Positions 1-13,583 of a stretch of DNA of 64,000 nt are shown piece by piece; the stretch's first letter is position 1, and each line of letters opens with the position of its first letter. The position numbers and the translations under genes were made by a program. The notes under the pieces were generated by a model. That model searched no databases and was not told the DNA's origin. It worked only from the letters and a program-made list of their open reading frames with translations. The DNA is taken from positions 8,100,390 through 8,164,389 of the forward strand of contig CM082580.2 of NCBI GenBank assembly GCA_040954595.2. Direction: 5' to 3'. The stretch comes from Balanoglossus misakiensis. Taxonomy: Eukaryota > Animalia > Hemichordata.

Positions 1-609
1 TAATAATGCTTACCTTTGGGAGTCACTTTGAGTGTATGTTCGAAACTGACCGACCAAAATACACGGATTTATCGTATCACAGATTACGGCGATGCCCTCA
101 CTTTCGATAGAGCCGGTGTCTGTACATGTACTGGACCAGGCAACGGGGAATCGATGCTTGCAGAACTGTGGTCGCTTTCGAGTTCAATACGACAATAGCA
201 GGCTCTGCAGGTCTCTCCTGAGCCTGCTGTCTTGATCTGGACGATCGAGTGGGCCTTGGGTTATCCGATCTCAATATATTGCGGTGTCACGATGACCAGA
301 CACAAACGAACCCAACCTTCTGCACTGCTGACCTTGCACTGACCTAGTTCAATAGATATTTTTAGCTTCCGGTTGACCTGACCTGACCCGATAACAGTAT
401 GGCCTTCATAGTGAAAAAACAAACAAGAGGTCCACACAGTTTGCCCGCTGGTGGCGTTATTAAAGCCGCCACTTGAAACAGTCAGTGCGTCTTTAATTTT
501 ATAACGTAATACAATTGTAAAATGAAGCTGCGGTGGACGGTCAACAATTATTCGATCTTGTCACATTTGAACATCCATACAGTTTGGTTGAACAACGCAA
601 AAAAATGAT

Positions 610-738
610 TGTCAGAAGTGGGATTCGAACCCACGCCTCCATTCGGAGACCAGAACGCTCTTTCTATCGTGACCCATCGGTACAATGGGAAGGTGTGAAC
701 CTTGAGTCTGGCGCCTTAGACCGCTCGGCCATCCTGAC
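610..738 (-). tRNA. tRNA-Leu(CAA) with 45-nt intron, copy 1
   Basis: The reverse complement reads GTCAGGATGGCCGAGCGGTCTAAGGCGCCAGACTCAAG-[intron]-TTCTGGTCTCCGAATGGAGGCGTGGGTTCGAATCCCACTTCTGACA. This is a canonical eukaryotic Leu-CAA body with A/B boxes, a long variable arm and the intron after position 37. A T7 Pol III terminator lies just downstream (plus-strand A-run 599-605). Confidence 0.97.
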
Positions 739-1815
739 ATCAGATACTCGTACATTGATGTGTGCTGTAACATAGAATTACATGCTTCTTCTGAAACAGT
801 AACCTAATAAAATATAAATGTAAATTTTACCAACAGCTACATAGAAGTGAAATTTGTAGGACATCCGCGGGTTATAATAATATATTGCCATTGTAACGAA
901 AGCCACGTGCAATTTGACCGTTGGTGGCGTATTAACCACGTGGTTGCCGGGCATGGTTGAACAGATATGATACGAAGAAACCGTAATAATTTTGTATATA
1001 CAGATTAAATTTAATTCTTTGTCGATTTTATAACAATGTACAAGTCTTGCAAATGAATATATCGATGAAAAACTCCTTCTACAAGATAATGTTCAAAACA
1101 TGGACAGGATAAAAACCAAAAACAGACAATTGCATTTACACAAATGATTTCTGAAATGTTCAAATCAACAGCGTTTCGTTAAAAGTCTATCTCTAGAATG
1201 TGTCGATGTATCGTTCGACATAACTGTACATACACAGGTCCAAGTTCGACCAACGTCGCGTCAATTTACAAATGCACATTAAATAATTTAATTCTATTCT
1301 GGTGTTAGAATTGTTTCAGATAAAAAGTGCGAGAACAATATTGAGACCAAATATAAACTTGGACGATCACAAAATATACTACAAATCTATTGTATATTTT
1401 GATTATTATTACGCAGTGTTTTAAGAATTCTCTCAAATGATCGTCTGTTCGTTCGTTACTAGTAACTCGTTTAAAAGCGATTGTTGGCTCGGGTGTCTTC
1501 GTGCCATCTTCCGGCGCCTGTCTCTCGATCCGACTCAGCCGCGTTTTTGGTCCTCAGTTTTGTTGGAGACGGGAACACCACATTCGCCGGCAACTGTCGG
1601 CTCGTCTTTGCAAGCAGCGATGGGAATTCAGACGTGTACGTCCATGAGGGCGTGTACCGTTTTACCCGGCGTCTTCCACAGCGCGTCCAGTTATATACAT
1701 AGCATGTCATATATTACGGGATGGTATTCATATATTAATTTTTTGTACATTTTATACTCCATGCAAGCACTTTTTGATTTAATTCAAGTCTCTCGGTGCA
1801 AAGAAAACAGCAGTT

Positions 1816-3822
1816 TCATCGCTTCGAGTCACGTGGGTCTAGTTTCATAATCCAGAGAGCGGTCGGCAAGTTCTGACATCCCATGTACTCGCGTTTCAGT
1901 TCCCGCTGGGTGAAGAACTTGGCATAGTTGCACGGCGCCCCGTACACCGTCGTGTTGGCGCAGTTTCGCTCGCCTTCCCAGAATTGAGGCGTTGACGTCA
2001 CCGTTGTCGGGGGAACGTCCTACAACGAAATTATAAGACACATATATCATATATGATGATGATCACGTGATGGTCTTAGCGACAACCATAGGTTTGGGTA
2101 GAGCCTACCTACGCTGTCGTGGGATCTTGATAAAACAAAATTGATCCGGTACCGTAGTAAAAGAGCTTTTCTGCAATCAAACCGATGCTGATAGAATCAA
2201 ATTATATGTCTCTTTACAACACCCAGGTACCGCTAATCTCGGTTGACTCGCGAGAAAAACTACATTGTACATTCAAAGCATGAAGCAGACACGCATGAAT
2301 TAGGAATCATTGCATTATTGTGTGAATTTCTGTCGCAAAGAAATTGGTCACGACCTAGGCCCTATTCAATTTCTTTTATTTTGTAAGCGCGTGGTAAATT
2401 AGTTTTTAACGCGGCAGATAAGCTCTCAGTCTGGCAAATTAGATATTGGTTTGTGATAAAAGTCAAACAAGCACCGAGGGCGCCCTCATTTCTACGATAC
2501 TGGGCCAAGGTCGATGCGACATTGGCTGGCTTCGTACTGATTCAGAATCTAATTAGATCACCGAAGTCAACTCTGAGAATACTATCTTCCATACGAGAGT
2601 GACAACTGTGGTTTCTTGTTCTTCTCTATAAAACAAAGAATTGCTCAGCATTTGTTTTCTTTTTTTTCATCACAGCCATTTTGTAGTCATCAGCATTGTT
2701 ACTGGTGAAATTTAAATTGAATTAAAGTCCGGACTTCAATTCAATTGTCAACAATAAAAATGGCCGTTACACATATACAAGTTGTTGAGAAGCTAAAGAC
2801 TGAACAGTAAGCTATCAAGAGTAGAACAAAAACCCGGAATTGATACAAAAATATCCAAAAGTTAGAGTTACTGGGGTCTTCACAATATTGAGAAAGGGTG
2901 AAGCAAAACAAACAAACAAACAACAACATACCGTTGTGAGCGTTCCCATACACTGCCTGGTGTTGTTGACACCGGTCCAATAGTTCGTAAATTCATTGCT
3001 CCACGAATACTGGTTGACGTCGCCACTAGCGAACACGGCCACATTCTTGAGTTCACTGGCCGACTTCGACAGCGCCTCGATTATAACGCCCGAATAACTC
3101 TGGTCAACAATTACGTATACGTGTTTGGTCATGCAACCTGCCAGGTCAGACGCCAGCTCGCGAATTGAGTAGGTCTCCAGTTCGTCCGCCTGGGGAAAAA
3201 ATACATATGAGAAGATGGACACACAAAATTAAGGAATGTGTTTAAATGTCACTTTTATGTATGAATATATCACGGTTGAACAAGAAAACAGAACAAGATG
3301 TATGACTCGTTATATAATCGATTTCTTGAACAGTGGTATTGAAAATATCCAATCGCGTGTGTTTTCTTCCCTGAAAGCCACTAATGCTCGGACGACGTGC
3401 AAGAAAAAAAAAATAACACGAGCGTCTTATAGCGAAGTGTATTGAATATGGCGACATCATATGGTGACTTGGCCAAATGGTCAGAATTGGCCAAATCACG
3501 GACAGTGGTCAGCGACCAAAAGCACACCTATAGGGACTGTGGAATAACTTACCACTCCGTTTTGGTTGGCATCCCATAATATCATTGTGCCGTCACTGGT
3601 GGTCGGATTGTTCAGGTAGATGACCAGAGTGTCCACACAACTTGACGACCGACAGAATTTGCCGATGTGGTTCCGAATGGCCAATTTGTGAGTTGCCGGG
3701 TAGACGTGGTCGGAGTCATCAGCAACGTTTCCTGTTGGAAGAAATGTGCAACTCAGTTACAAGTCGTCAGAGTAAAACCATACACACTCAAAAAAACATC
3801 CACTTGAAACAAACAAAAAACT

Positions 3823-3913
<91 letters not shown>

Positions 3914-6900
3914 CCACCGTCCTCGTCGTCATGGAGATGATGATGTAGTTACTCGGAAACGTTAAATATTTCGGACGTGAATGTTCACTATAATCATGGA
4001 TATAAACTATATATATTCCAACATATTCATCGACGGCTAACCACCCTCCCCAACAAAAGCAGGTAGCAGGTCGACACAGCAACGTTTAGTTGAATATTCG
4101 AGTTTTTAGTGCATTTGCAAAACGTAGGCGAAACGTTCGCTATGACTTTCATTATTTGTCACCATCAATTTTACCTGCCCTGCATGGTGCCAGAACACTA
4201 ATTATTACACTCGAGACAAACACGCTATTTAGTTTTGTATGTTGGAATCCTAGGTGGTCCAAACACCCACTACCTCCACGATGGCACAGACCATAGAGGA
4301 TTAAAACCTTAGATGTTAATGTTTAGGAATCTTGTTCACCTTCATGGTCGCGGCGAATATTCTCACGCTGAGGTTCACACAGCCCAGCGTAACCCATTCA
4401 CGGTCGCTATATCTATTAACACCTACGCACAATTAGTTGGAAATGTTCCATACCGTTGTCTATTGACTCGCCATTTCATCGTTAATTGGCTGTTAAAACG
4501 GCGGCGTCTTTAAACCGACCGACGTCCTCAAAGAAGAACAATGCCGGCTTCCTAACTAGCCATCAGTTCATTTGCACAACAAAAGTGCCGCGGTCTTCCT
4601 GGGACCTTAATTACACAATTCACAGGTTTCATACCGCAGACCTGGAAACATGACTCCGGACAGCATATATATGGTGCTACCTGTCTCCCGTCAGAGTCCT
4701 TTGTTCGATGTTTTCTTGCAAACCGACGCGATGTCGTTTCAAATTTGCCAAAATAACGCGAAAACTAACCGCAGAGGTAGAATATTCCCGCGACCTACCT
4801 TCAATTTGACCGTCGGCGAAGAAAGTTGTGATGTGGCTCTGTTTGAAGCCGTTGTCTCGGAGATTGTCGCGTACGCGCCTGAGGTTCTCCTGGTGCCATG
4901 GCTTGACCGTGTGGTCATTCCAACCGCCGGATATCAGCACAGCCTGGTCACAGATCTCCCAAAGTATGCATCGACCGCGCACCTGTATATGAAAATAAGA
5001 GCATACACACGTACAGGTTACAATATGCATGATATGCCATCACAGGTAACATGGATGGGTTAGTTGCGCAGCTGCAGTGACCTTGCATTAAAAAATAAAA
5101 TGAACTGACGGAATAGAAATGTAAATGCCATATCGTCTGAACGTCGAGAAGCTATCTTTCGTTTTTCTGCAATAAAAAAAACGGGGTTTTCAACGCATGG
5201 TTACCGTCAATGGTCAGAAGTCAACGATTTCTCATAAATCTTTTCCCGCAACGCACGTTAGTAAGATACGCTTTAGCTGTGCCATGGTATTTAAGATATG
5301 CCATTCTGAAAAAAGAACGCACTTGGAATCTACAGGGTAAAATGCGTAATGTCCAGAGTTTGAACTTTGGTTGGTCCCTAAATGAGAGATGTAATTGATA
5401 AACTAACTATTGGCCATATTGGCACATAGCAGGTGTTTGGATGGTTGTCTGAGAATTTCTGGCAAAAGGTTTGCGATCACCAGGAAACACATGGACACGA
5501 GCATATTCTCACGTGAAAATCGAACTTTTGCTGGAGTCGGTCGGTGAACTTTTACTACTGTATTTCGAGTCTGAGTCTTACACGGAGGATATGTTCACGC
5601 AACATAGAATTCCGGATGCTGTGGCAAGGTCCTGTCACTCATTTCAACGGTTCCCCATCAGTGTCACGACTACCCTGGATGGCGTGGCACCGCTGGGAGA
5701 TCGAAGCGAGAACAGAACACTGAGGTCGACTTCACGGGCAATAAAAAACGCCCATGATTGCACCCCGCTTTTGAAACGTGACCTACCTGCGGCATTTCGG
5801 TGCTCACGCATCGGCGTGAATTACTGCTGAGGGCACAGTTCAACGACGGGTCTGCGTTGGACGTTCTCGAGGGAAATTGAGGACATGGCGCAAAACCGGT
5901 GATGTCATTGCGACATTCCAAACGTTGGGTCTGAAAAGAATGAAAATAAATGTAAAAATTGATAAATAATAATTCAAACAACGGATACGGAACAGTCCAC
6001 AACGAACCATACCAATTAGTATGTAATTATGTAAATATGTATGCTTGCGTGCATTTATGTACATGTAATACCAATCTAATACACCTGGTATAGAGGTATC
6101 TTACCTTTGATTGGTCGTTTCTGTCGTGAACAATCGGTATAAAGTTAATCTGACATCTGCGGATGAAATGCCTTCCCTGGATTGTCCTGTGGAGGGCGTT
6201 TTGACATCGATTCTTCAAAGCTAGCTGAAGACACGTTCCATCACCTGTCAACAAATGCGGAAAGTGACGCCGATCAGTTTTTATTTCAGGGAAACTTGTT
6301 GCAAAATCACGTAAACATTTGGGCATCGACGGTGAGAGGGGGTAGCACGCCCAAAGTGGAGTAACATGGCGGTGAGGGGGGGTCGTTCGAGGCAGTCAGC
6401 CAAGAAGTGAAGTGTCACTGATCTCCTATTGACTTTTTCTACTCGAGGGTAGGTCGCGAATCTTGGCCATTCTTTAGAGAACTGCCACCCCGCACTTAAA
6501 TGAATCTGATCTTATACACAATGAACCGGCTTCGTTTCTGTAAGTTGGAGGACAACGCGATGTGTTCACAGATGCAGGATTTCACACCAGCCTGGGGCAC
6601 TATCAAAGCTCTATGCTCTTACCACTGTTGCGGAAAAGCACCTGTCTACGTAATATCAACAAAAGAGAATAAATCGTCTTTGTGAAGACCAGTACACATC
6701 CAAAACTTTTTGTTTGATTCACCATGTTTCAAGTCGTGCAGGTTTGACGGTTCAGGGGTTGGAATATTGTTTACGAAGTTGGAATTGGGACGACGCCCAG
6801 CGGTTGATCCGCAAGATTCTCTGACCTTGCTTAACCCGTGGTTACGAACCAATTGGCCGTAAAGTGGACTTTTACTACACGTTGTAATATCTGGTTCTGT

Positions 6901-9234
6901 ACAAATATACACACACCAACTAGAACATTAAATGGTCCGTGTACGATGTCATTAGTATAAATAAACACGAGTGGCCGCGCCACTTTCACTTGGGAATAAA
7001 AAACCAACAGGGGTTTAGAATTCCCCCTCTTTAAAAGATGCGATTAAACCCCACTTTTGGGGTGATTCCCTGAAAGGTGGGCTTGCGCGGGCCGGCCGTC
7101 GGTGAATGTCAAAGGGAGAGAGTTTGCGCCACAATGGAGTTGCGTAACGCCACGTCCTAAAGACGGGAAATAAGCTTATCATTGCATTGTGGAAGCGAAA
7201 CAAACCGTGATAATTGAGCGCGCCGCGAGAGTTGTTTTCTCCCTGTTTGCGAATTAAAACCCGACGGTACACACAACACGCGTTCTTTGGGGGTCTTTGT
7301 CAAGCTGACGCCAGCTAGGTGTACACCGACCTGCAGCGTGACGGATGGGCAAGCGGGTCTGGGCTTTGATGAGCCGGAGAAGCCCCGCGCCACAAGTTCC
7401 GTCACTCTCGCCCACTAATTGATGTCCACACACACGCAGAGGAGTTCTAACTGTACCCATCAGCGCGTTCGGGATGCATTGCCGTTACATTCCTCGCAGG
7501 TTTATAAATATTTACACGGCCTTTCTTTGCCGTGGAGACTGTCGCCACACATGGTGCCCGACGGCTCGTTTACACTTCATAAAAAAAATCGTCGCAAAAG
7601 AGAGAGAGTGAAAGTGTGCGGCGATGAATGGCTTTGCGAGCGATACCCCACCAAAGAAACAAGCAGGCGACTTCAACCCGAGCAGTATCAGTGGCAGGGT
7701 GTGAATGGTCGGTATTGTTGACAACTTTTAAAGATCCACCAGCTGTCACTGCTGGTCACGGTCGTTTTTTTCGGGCAGTTCAGCTCTTTGCACCAACTAT
7801 AATTTTCTTACCGGGCTTACAAAAATTATGAAGAAACCCCACATATTCAGTTTCTCAAGACAGCCCTTATGTGCGCAATCAGCGTAATTATACTTGTAAA
7901 AATGAAATCTGGTCCGGACTTGGAATTCATCTGTCAACAATGACAACGCTACTCGTGTGTACAAGCTAACCAGTAGAATGCTGGACATTTTAGGATGCTA
8001 CAGGAAAGTAGATGCGGAAACTGCAGTGGACAATCAGACTCCCCCCCCCCCCCCCCCAACAAAAAAAGAAAATACCAAAAAGGTTAAAAATTTACAGCTG
8101 GCGTCCCTTTATATTTGGGACCCGTCCACAGAAGCCATTGACACCTTATCGCTCGCAAGCAATCACGGTCCACCCAAATGTAAAGAATGCCAATTTTCGC
8201 ACGTTGGAAATTTGACACCGCGTATCCGAATGCGCATAGGTTAGCCCCGTGGCAGAACCCCGCACACGGGTGCAGAGTCGGTCGTCAAAATGATAGAAAT
8301 AGCGATGCTATAAACGTACACACATACGTGGTAAACATCATCGTGTTTCGCTCGCTGTTCAAGGATGTATCTGAAACACGATAGCTGGAAAATTCACTTC
8401 AGACGTGAACACGCGTATAGTTTTGGTGATCAGTATGTAGGGCGAGATAAGGGCGAGAGCCACGGTTGGCCTTCACATAAAAACGCAGCCAAACCGGAGA
8501 AGTATATTATTAAACACGTGATTCAACTTTTTTTCCAACTGATACCAAAATACATCGATGCGAGCAAAATATCGGGAAATGTAAATAAATTGGACCTGGT
8601 GTGATTTGGCAGCAGGATTCAAGACGGTACCAGCACCAAAGTGCCTGTACCACTTACAACATTATTCCATATTGTGATATGTCGCACGGCATCAACACAT
8701 TGTAAACATTGGAGAGAAAAAAACTATTTCGCATGAATGTTACTAGCGATTGCAAGTGGTCGTCAAAATGATTTATAGAGTTGTGTTACACAAATGGTCC
8801 TCACCTAGGTAAATCTTCTCTTGTCCAGTGCATCGTCCCTTGGACACTCCGTTGTCCACGTAGAACACCAAAACAAGGTGACCGAAGTTGACGTTAGGGT
8901 ACGGGTCGAGCACCACGACGGCGTCGTGGATTCCGCCGCGGCTGAGACTGCTGTCCGGCAGCACGCTCTTGAAGCCGTTGCCGGATGCCGCGGCGCCGGT
9001 GCTGTACAAGTTCACGCTGCCCCGCGGAATGCGCTTGAGCGCCTCGCACTCGGCCTTGGTGGTGACCAGCATGTTGTCGCAGTCCTGGTTCTGCACGAAC
9101 TCCAGCGCTCCTTGCGTCCACCGCTGAAGATCCTCCCCCGCGGGCCCGGCCGCGTGCGTCGACGGCGCCAGGGCCGACGACGGGCAGCGTTCCAGCATCA
9201 AGGCGAATGCCAAGAGCAGTGTGAAAAAATCCAT
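1816..9234 (-). CDS. Uncharacterised secreted Cys-rich protein (~512 aa) with a C-terminal legumain/caspase-like (clan CD, C13-like) fold lacking catalytic residues
   Basis: Seven coding exons with GT-AG sites and matching phases: 9234-8805, 6244-6105, 5930-5787, 4982-4799, 3731-3553, 3189-2932, 2019-1816 (1539 nt = 513 codons). It starts with a signal peptide (MDFFTLLLAFALML...). Motifs AVLISGGW, NGF..SHITTF, DTLVIYLNNP, HVYVIVDQSYSG and NVAVFAS follow the order of the legumain/C13 core. Confidence 0.85.
3823..3918 (+). repeat. (CAT)n microsatellite in an intron
   Basis: Visible pure ATC/CAT run of ~90 bp. It generates the spurious poly-His and poly-Met ORFs. Confidence 0.97.
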
Positions 9235-9548
9235 GGTGGTGGAAAACAAAATTAAACGTTCGCCTTGAAATAAATAAATCGGTGGATACGCGGGGTTCAC
9301 TCTGTTGGTAATACGCGGTGTTCGTCGGCGAGTGGCAGTGCGGCGGACGCGTGGCTAGAATGACCTAATTAGTAATGAGACGGTTGGCTTGTAAAGTGCA
9401 CCAAAATATACACGTTGGTTTTTGCAAGGTGAGAAAATTACGCGGTACAAGTGTGGTATAGATTTCAATGTCGCGAGACTATTATTGCAAATGAAACCGG
9501 TGGCTGGGGTCCCGTCTTTCTGTGGCTCAAATCTTCGACCGCGACGGC

Positions 9549-9556
9549 TTTTTATA
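9549..9556 (-). promoter_or_regulatory. Candidate TATA box for the secreted pseudo-peptidase gene
   Basis: TATAAAAA on the minus strand ~315 bp upstream of the ATG at 9234, in a GC-rich context. Confidence 0.45.
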
Positions 9557-12500
9557 GGAAGTCGGGGAGCGAATCAGTCACGAATAGGTAGGCGGCGTCG
9601 CCGATAACCATGTGTTAGAGTGACTCGCGGTCACAGCAAGTCCGGGGCCTTTTGATGACTCAAGTGATGACAATACACGGCACGTCGTCGTCGGGAGGGT
9701 GAAAGACAAAACCCTCACAAAAGGTAAAAGGCAACGCAGAGGGGAGTTTGGAATTTCACTGCCTCCTTCTAAACGATCGTTAACACCAATCAAGGAGTTG
9801 AAGGGGAGGAGAAAGAATCCTCGCAACACAAACAAGACAAAGAAAGCGTTTAAACAAAAGTGATTGAGGTTTGCCGTTGGCGGACGACTCAAAAGCACTA
9901 GCGATTGCTGGCCTTAGGCTCCCTAAGCTCATCAACGAATCAGATCACATCCTACGCGATATAGTCCCTTTAAAAAGGCGCCGCTCCGGTTACGGCTGAC
10001 AAATCCAGCGTTGTGTAGCCCCGTGCACACCCCTGTGTCGATGGCGTGACCTCCCAAAGCTCGTTGACTGAGGAATCCGGCGAGTCGGGCGTCATCCACA
10101 CGCTCAACTTCAGCATCCAAATAAATAAATAGATAATATTGGAGAAGCGACTTATAAGAACATTACGTCGGCTCCTTTCATCCAAGCGGACGGCACTTTC
10201 TTTGCTTTTTGTAGTAAATCACTCAAACAACCTCCAAAATAACTGTGTCAGCGTAAAAAGGGCACTGGCTTTCAACGGTCATGCAGCTCGCGATATGCTA
10301 CCCGGGGACGTGTTTTTACTGTTTGTGATAGTAACAAAATGAAGGGCTTGATAATCGGGCTTTTCTATTTCGCATCGACTCATTACAATAATGACTTCAA
10401 AGCAATACTTTTTTGTATCAAGACTCGACACAATTATAAACTGGAGAGCCATAATCACCTCCCCCGAACGAATTCTATTTTAAGAAAAAAAGAGAAACGC
10501 TTCTATCAAAACATGTCCAGAATAAACAGTCCCCGTTTCTATTAATATCAACATTGAAATTAGATTTCTAATTGTAACGCCGGAGCGAAATTGGCAAAGG
10601 TGGACTTAAGAACCTTGTTCCCCGGGGAAGAAAGCGCCTGATTTGAGAAATTAACCTCCTAACCCATTGTGATTGGACGGGTTAATTCGATCAAACTAAA
10701 GAAAGCTTGGCATTGCGGAGAGTTTGGAATTATACAGACATTATGTGTTAACTGCATTGTGCGAGCACAGTCGGCAACAGAAACGTGGTTGTGGTAATCA
10801 TATTTCTGATAAATTGATATGTTCGCTTTTGCACGTATTTCGACACAAAAAAATCATCGGTTATTGAAAGTCGCGGGTTGAGCGCCAAATCCCCAGTTGC
10901 GCGGGGAAAATAAAAAGATTACACGCACTTTAAAGGTTTATCGATCCTTGCGTATAGTCTGTCATGTAGTACGAAATGCAGTGGGATCTTAACTCTGTTT
11001 ATAATATGAAAGGGACCGAAAGAAAATTGAGATGTTGTCGGGAGACCGACGGGAACCCCGATTGAAATAACATATCTATTACAGACATACTCAAAGATTT
11101 GCCACGCGGTATCTGGGAGATGTAAATAGAGCGGAGATTCCTCGCGTAAATGCCACAGAAATTCACCCAGTTAATAAAATGTTTTAGCTGGGGTCACAGC
11201 GAATACTGTCAGTTCACAAGTAGCGCGGTGGGATACATGTATTAATTTACACAATGTTTTCATTAGAGTTGGTGAAAAATATGCGCTATGAACCAGTGTC
11301 GTCGGAGAGGAGAGGATGGGGGGGGGGGGGCGTGATGAGTATCGTGGAATCCGTAGTATAGTACGGGCGACAACAACATCAGCGGACATAATTACACGCT
11401 TTCATCCGAAACAAAATGACCGCCAACGCACACAGTTACCGGGTTGATGAACGGCAGTGAGCACTGACCAACTCATTCCCAACCGCCCATAGCTGTATTG
11501 TTGGTGACACAGACGGTTTAAATCTCGTCTTGCAAGGAAGCCGTGCTTTTCACGTGGTACTTTCATTCTCCCCAGATGAGCTTGAGGGGCTTAGCTTAAT
11601 TGAGATATTAGTGCGCTTATTGAGCGTGTAACAACGTTACAATGCGCGGTCTGTGGTTCCTTTCCATAGACAGGGAAATCCCTGTATTGGCATGTCTGAA
11701 TAAATAACCTAATGAGATTATGAGCGGCAAGACAAAAGGTCGGGTCTTCTTTTCTTGGAGGGCTTTTTGGCTGTAACAAGCAGCGATCGGCCCCAGAGAG
11801 AGGGGGATATTGATATCAGATTCTGTTTACTTGAAACATAGCATATATCTCGCTTCTACTATGTATGGTGGTTGAAGGGTATACAAAAGCGCGCACTTTA
11901 TCTGTTTTCGACATTGTAAAGGACGATGATATACTAGAAGTGAAGCGCACTGAATTACAAATGTATGCGAGAAATGTGACGATTGATGCGTGTTAAAAGT
12001 GTCTTGGCGTTTAGTGGGCTCTCGTTTGAAGTTGGATGTGTGTTTTTACCAGTGCAACCTTGCGTTTAGAAAGGCAATGACGGTGATGCGGTCATCCCGC
12101 GGCCGCGAGTAACGATCCAACGCAGCACCGAGCGCGCTCTTTCGGACTAAACTCTTTTCGACGTACACGAATCGAGAGCTTATACCCGGTTCGCAAAAAA
12201 AAATACGAAACAAACTGTAATTGGTTAAAAGCTCCGGGAGCAGGCAAGCGCCCATCAACAAATTACACGGCGTATCATTAATTATCGCGGTGCCTGAGAC
12301 GCATACCAATTACACGCATATTTGATAAGGCTTCTATCATTGCTGAGCTCTTTCATAGTCCCGACTAATTAACCGTATACCATTAAAATTCCACCTTTGC
12401 ACGCGCCTTTTACGAGGAAGCGCTCAGAAGTCGAGACCCCGGGTTCTAAAGATGGTCGATTGTAACAGTAGTAAATATCTAAGGCACAACTGACAAAGTT

Positions 12501-13398
12501 CCACTACGGTTACGTACATCATTAGAGCTATGATATTGTAAAACAATCTTCGCCGGTTGGCGTGTTACTTTTCTAGAATGTTTCTATCTGAGAAATATTA
12601 CATGTGGTTTCGAGTTCTTGTCGGCCTGGGGATGCAGGGAGCATCCATTTATAAAAAAAACAGGGGTGGATAGGACACGGCCCCGGGACGAGGGCCTGAC
12701 CAATAGGTCTTTGGTGGATGGCTGCAAGTGCAAGTGCGGGATACTTGTTATACCGCGATGTGTACGTATACGGTTGTTTTAAAACCCACGTTCTCTCGTT
12801 TGGAACTATTTTTTTGGTGGGGAGGAAACCGGCGATTTTCGACAGCTGTGTAATCATTTCTCACCGAGGTCTCACGGCTATTTGTCTTCGGTTCGCTTAG
12901 CGGCGGGCGAACCCCAAAATATGATATCATGCGCCAAATATTCAGTCGCCCGTGAAGGACAAACCGTTCACGCCGTTCAACGATATCAGCAGACGATGCG
13001 TTTTCGCGCCATTTTAACACCTGTTGGTGATGAGGGATTGGGTTTCGCCTCGACATACATTGAACTGGGCAGGAATTCCCCGGTATCAATGGATGTCAAT
13101 AAACTGGGAAAGTATGCGAACAACTCCAACTATGAAGTGGTTCGGTGGAGAAGTCTGAGAAAAGTTAATTTTACTGTTCAGTGAGTAGGGTTGTTGACAC
13201 ACACGAGTATGCTATGGTTACGGCTGTGGGAATAATTAGCAAACATCCTCGTTTTGCGTAACATACAAAGTTACCGGGTTTCGCCTAAAGGCCAACACAC
13301 CAGTTCTTACGTAACATAAACTGTGCCAAGCTGTCGGAATCTCTTCATCTTTTTAAATTCTTGGTACTGATTTCCCGACGTTCAAACTACATCAAATA

Positions 13399-13583
<185 letters not shown>

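Noticed and set aside
1437-1850. Overlapping ORFs downstream of the pseudo-peptidase stop codon
   Set aside because: Probably the 3' UTR. No recognisable domain or splice structure.
3642-4082. Poly-His / poly-Met ORFs (also 13361-13720, 13387-13695, 37731-38114)
   Set aside because: These are translations of (CAT)n microsatellites in introns or intergenic DNA, with no coding context.
8821-9255. Plus-strand ORFs overlapping real exons (also 44151-44762, 58447-58863, 62426-62959)
   Set aside because: Antisense or alternative-frame shadows of GC3-rich coding exons.
11673-13081. NF-kB-like sites GGGAAATCCC (11673-11682) and GGAATTCCCC (13072-13081)
   Set aside because: A few such 10-mers are expected by chance in 64 kb and they are not tightly clustered.
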